A stretch of 64,000 nucleotides of DNA from positions 5,084,001 through 5,148,000 of the forward strand of contig OZ234494.1 in NCBI GenBank assembly GCA_965153455.1, in the 5' to 3' direction. Below, piece by piece: positions 62,905 through 64,000 of this stretch (its first letter is position 1; the number at the start of each line of letters is the position of its first letter). Below the pieces are notes generated by a model. It ran no database searches and was not told where the DNA came from. It saw only the letters and a program-made list of their open reading frames with translations. The position numbers and the translations under genes are program-made. The stretch comes from Sphagnum compactum (Eukaryota).

Positions 62905-63900
62905 TAAAGCCCTAGGTCCACGGCATTTATGGAATTCCAAAAAGGCCATGCATGTGAGGCAGTTTTTTCTCTTTGGCCTAGTGGAAAATCAGAAAAGATT
63001 CCCTGGCCTTGCATCCCTAGACATTACAACCTCTCAGTGTCTTGTCCTGAGCCTTGGACCATTTCATCTTAGGCCCATAGCTACCTAAGGTTATTGGGAA
63101 TACATGTTAAAAACGATTAAATAAAATTAATCAGTGTTTTTAACATCAGCATATATTACATTCAAAAAGGCCATCCATGAAGGCATGATTTATTATAAAT
63201 TTGGCTTAGGCTTGGGGTAAGCACCAGAATATTCTTTTGATTTGAAGTCCTTGGGCATGTCCTAAATAGGGCCTCAGGTCATCATGTACAAGATCCCAAG
63301 TAGTCAAAAGTCATTTTGTGTGAGCCCCAAGCCACCATGTCCTAGACCCAAGGCTGCCTGGGATTGGGACATAGCAACCTAGGCACTAGAACATGGTGGC
63401 TTGGGGCTCACACAAAATGACCCTTGGCTACTTGGGGTCTTGGACGTGAGGACCTGGGACCCTACTTAGAACATGTCCAAGGACTCCAAACTGAGAAAAT
63501 ATTTCGGTGCCTACCCCAAGCCTAAGTCAAATGCATAATAAATCATGTCTTCATGGATGACCTTTTTGGATGTAACATATGCTGATGTAAAAAATACTGA
63601 TTAATTTTATACACTCGTTTTCAACAACATGTGTTCCCAATAATCCTGGGTAGCTATGGGCCCAAGATGAAATGGCCCAGGGCTCAGGACAAAACACTGA
63701 AAGGTTTGTAATGTCCCAGGGCTCAGGACAAAACACTGCAAGGATTGTAATGTCCCAGGTCAGGGAATCTTTTGTGATTTTCCCCCAGGCCAGGCCCAAG
63801 CCAAAACTCTCATTTTTTACCTTCCTCACATGCATTCATGCATGCGTGGTTTCTTTGGAATTCCGCAGGCATTACCAAAATAAGGGCGCACAAGGCTTTA
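62905..63900. mobile_element. About 1-kb fold-back (long inverted repeat) element, MITE/FB-like
   Basis: The arm at about 62905-63360 is the reverse complement of about 63372-63900, for example GTCATTTTGTGTGAGCCCCAAGCCACCATGT versus ACATGGTGGCTTGGGGCTCACACAAAATGAC. The ends read TAAAGCC...GGCTTTA. Confidence 0.85.
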
Positions 63901-64000
63901 GTCGAGTGCAGGCCTGATTTTGGTGATGGCCTCATCCGAGGGCTTTAGCCAATGATAAGAACTGCCAGAAATTCAGTGGAGAAACCGAGGCGAAACAGGA

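Overview
Eukaryotic, AT-rich, intron-containing land-plant DNA, most likely a moss such as Sphagnum (inferred from gene and repeat content, not proven). It holds three intact host genes. A 4-exon BUD20/ZNF593-type C2H2 zinc-finger gene lies on the minus strand (12174-13815), and its first intron is a U12-type AT-AC intron. An 11-exon cereblon homolog (LON-N plus CULT domains) lies on the plus strand (29935-35147). A single-ORF ERF084/STEMIN-like AP2/ERF factor with a C-terminal EAR motif lies on the minus strand (37908-39245). The rest is mostly transposon-derived. The main element is a full-length but mutated Ty3/gypsy chromovirus (54580-60855; 267-bp LTRs; AAATG TSD). It has a self-priming (non-tRNA) PBS, a -1 frameshift pseudoknot and an internal 5 x 155-bp tandem array, and it is nested inside a decayed CRE-clade (RLE-type) non-LTR retrotransposon. 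Also present are an older gypsy relic carrying an 820-bp solo LTR, two hAT transposase relics, several MITE-like dispersed repeats, a ~1-kb fold-back element and a perfect 80-bp palindrome. No rRNA, tRNA or CRISPR array was found.
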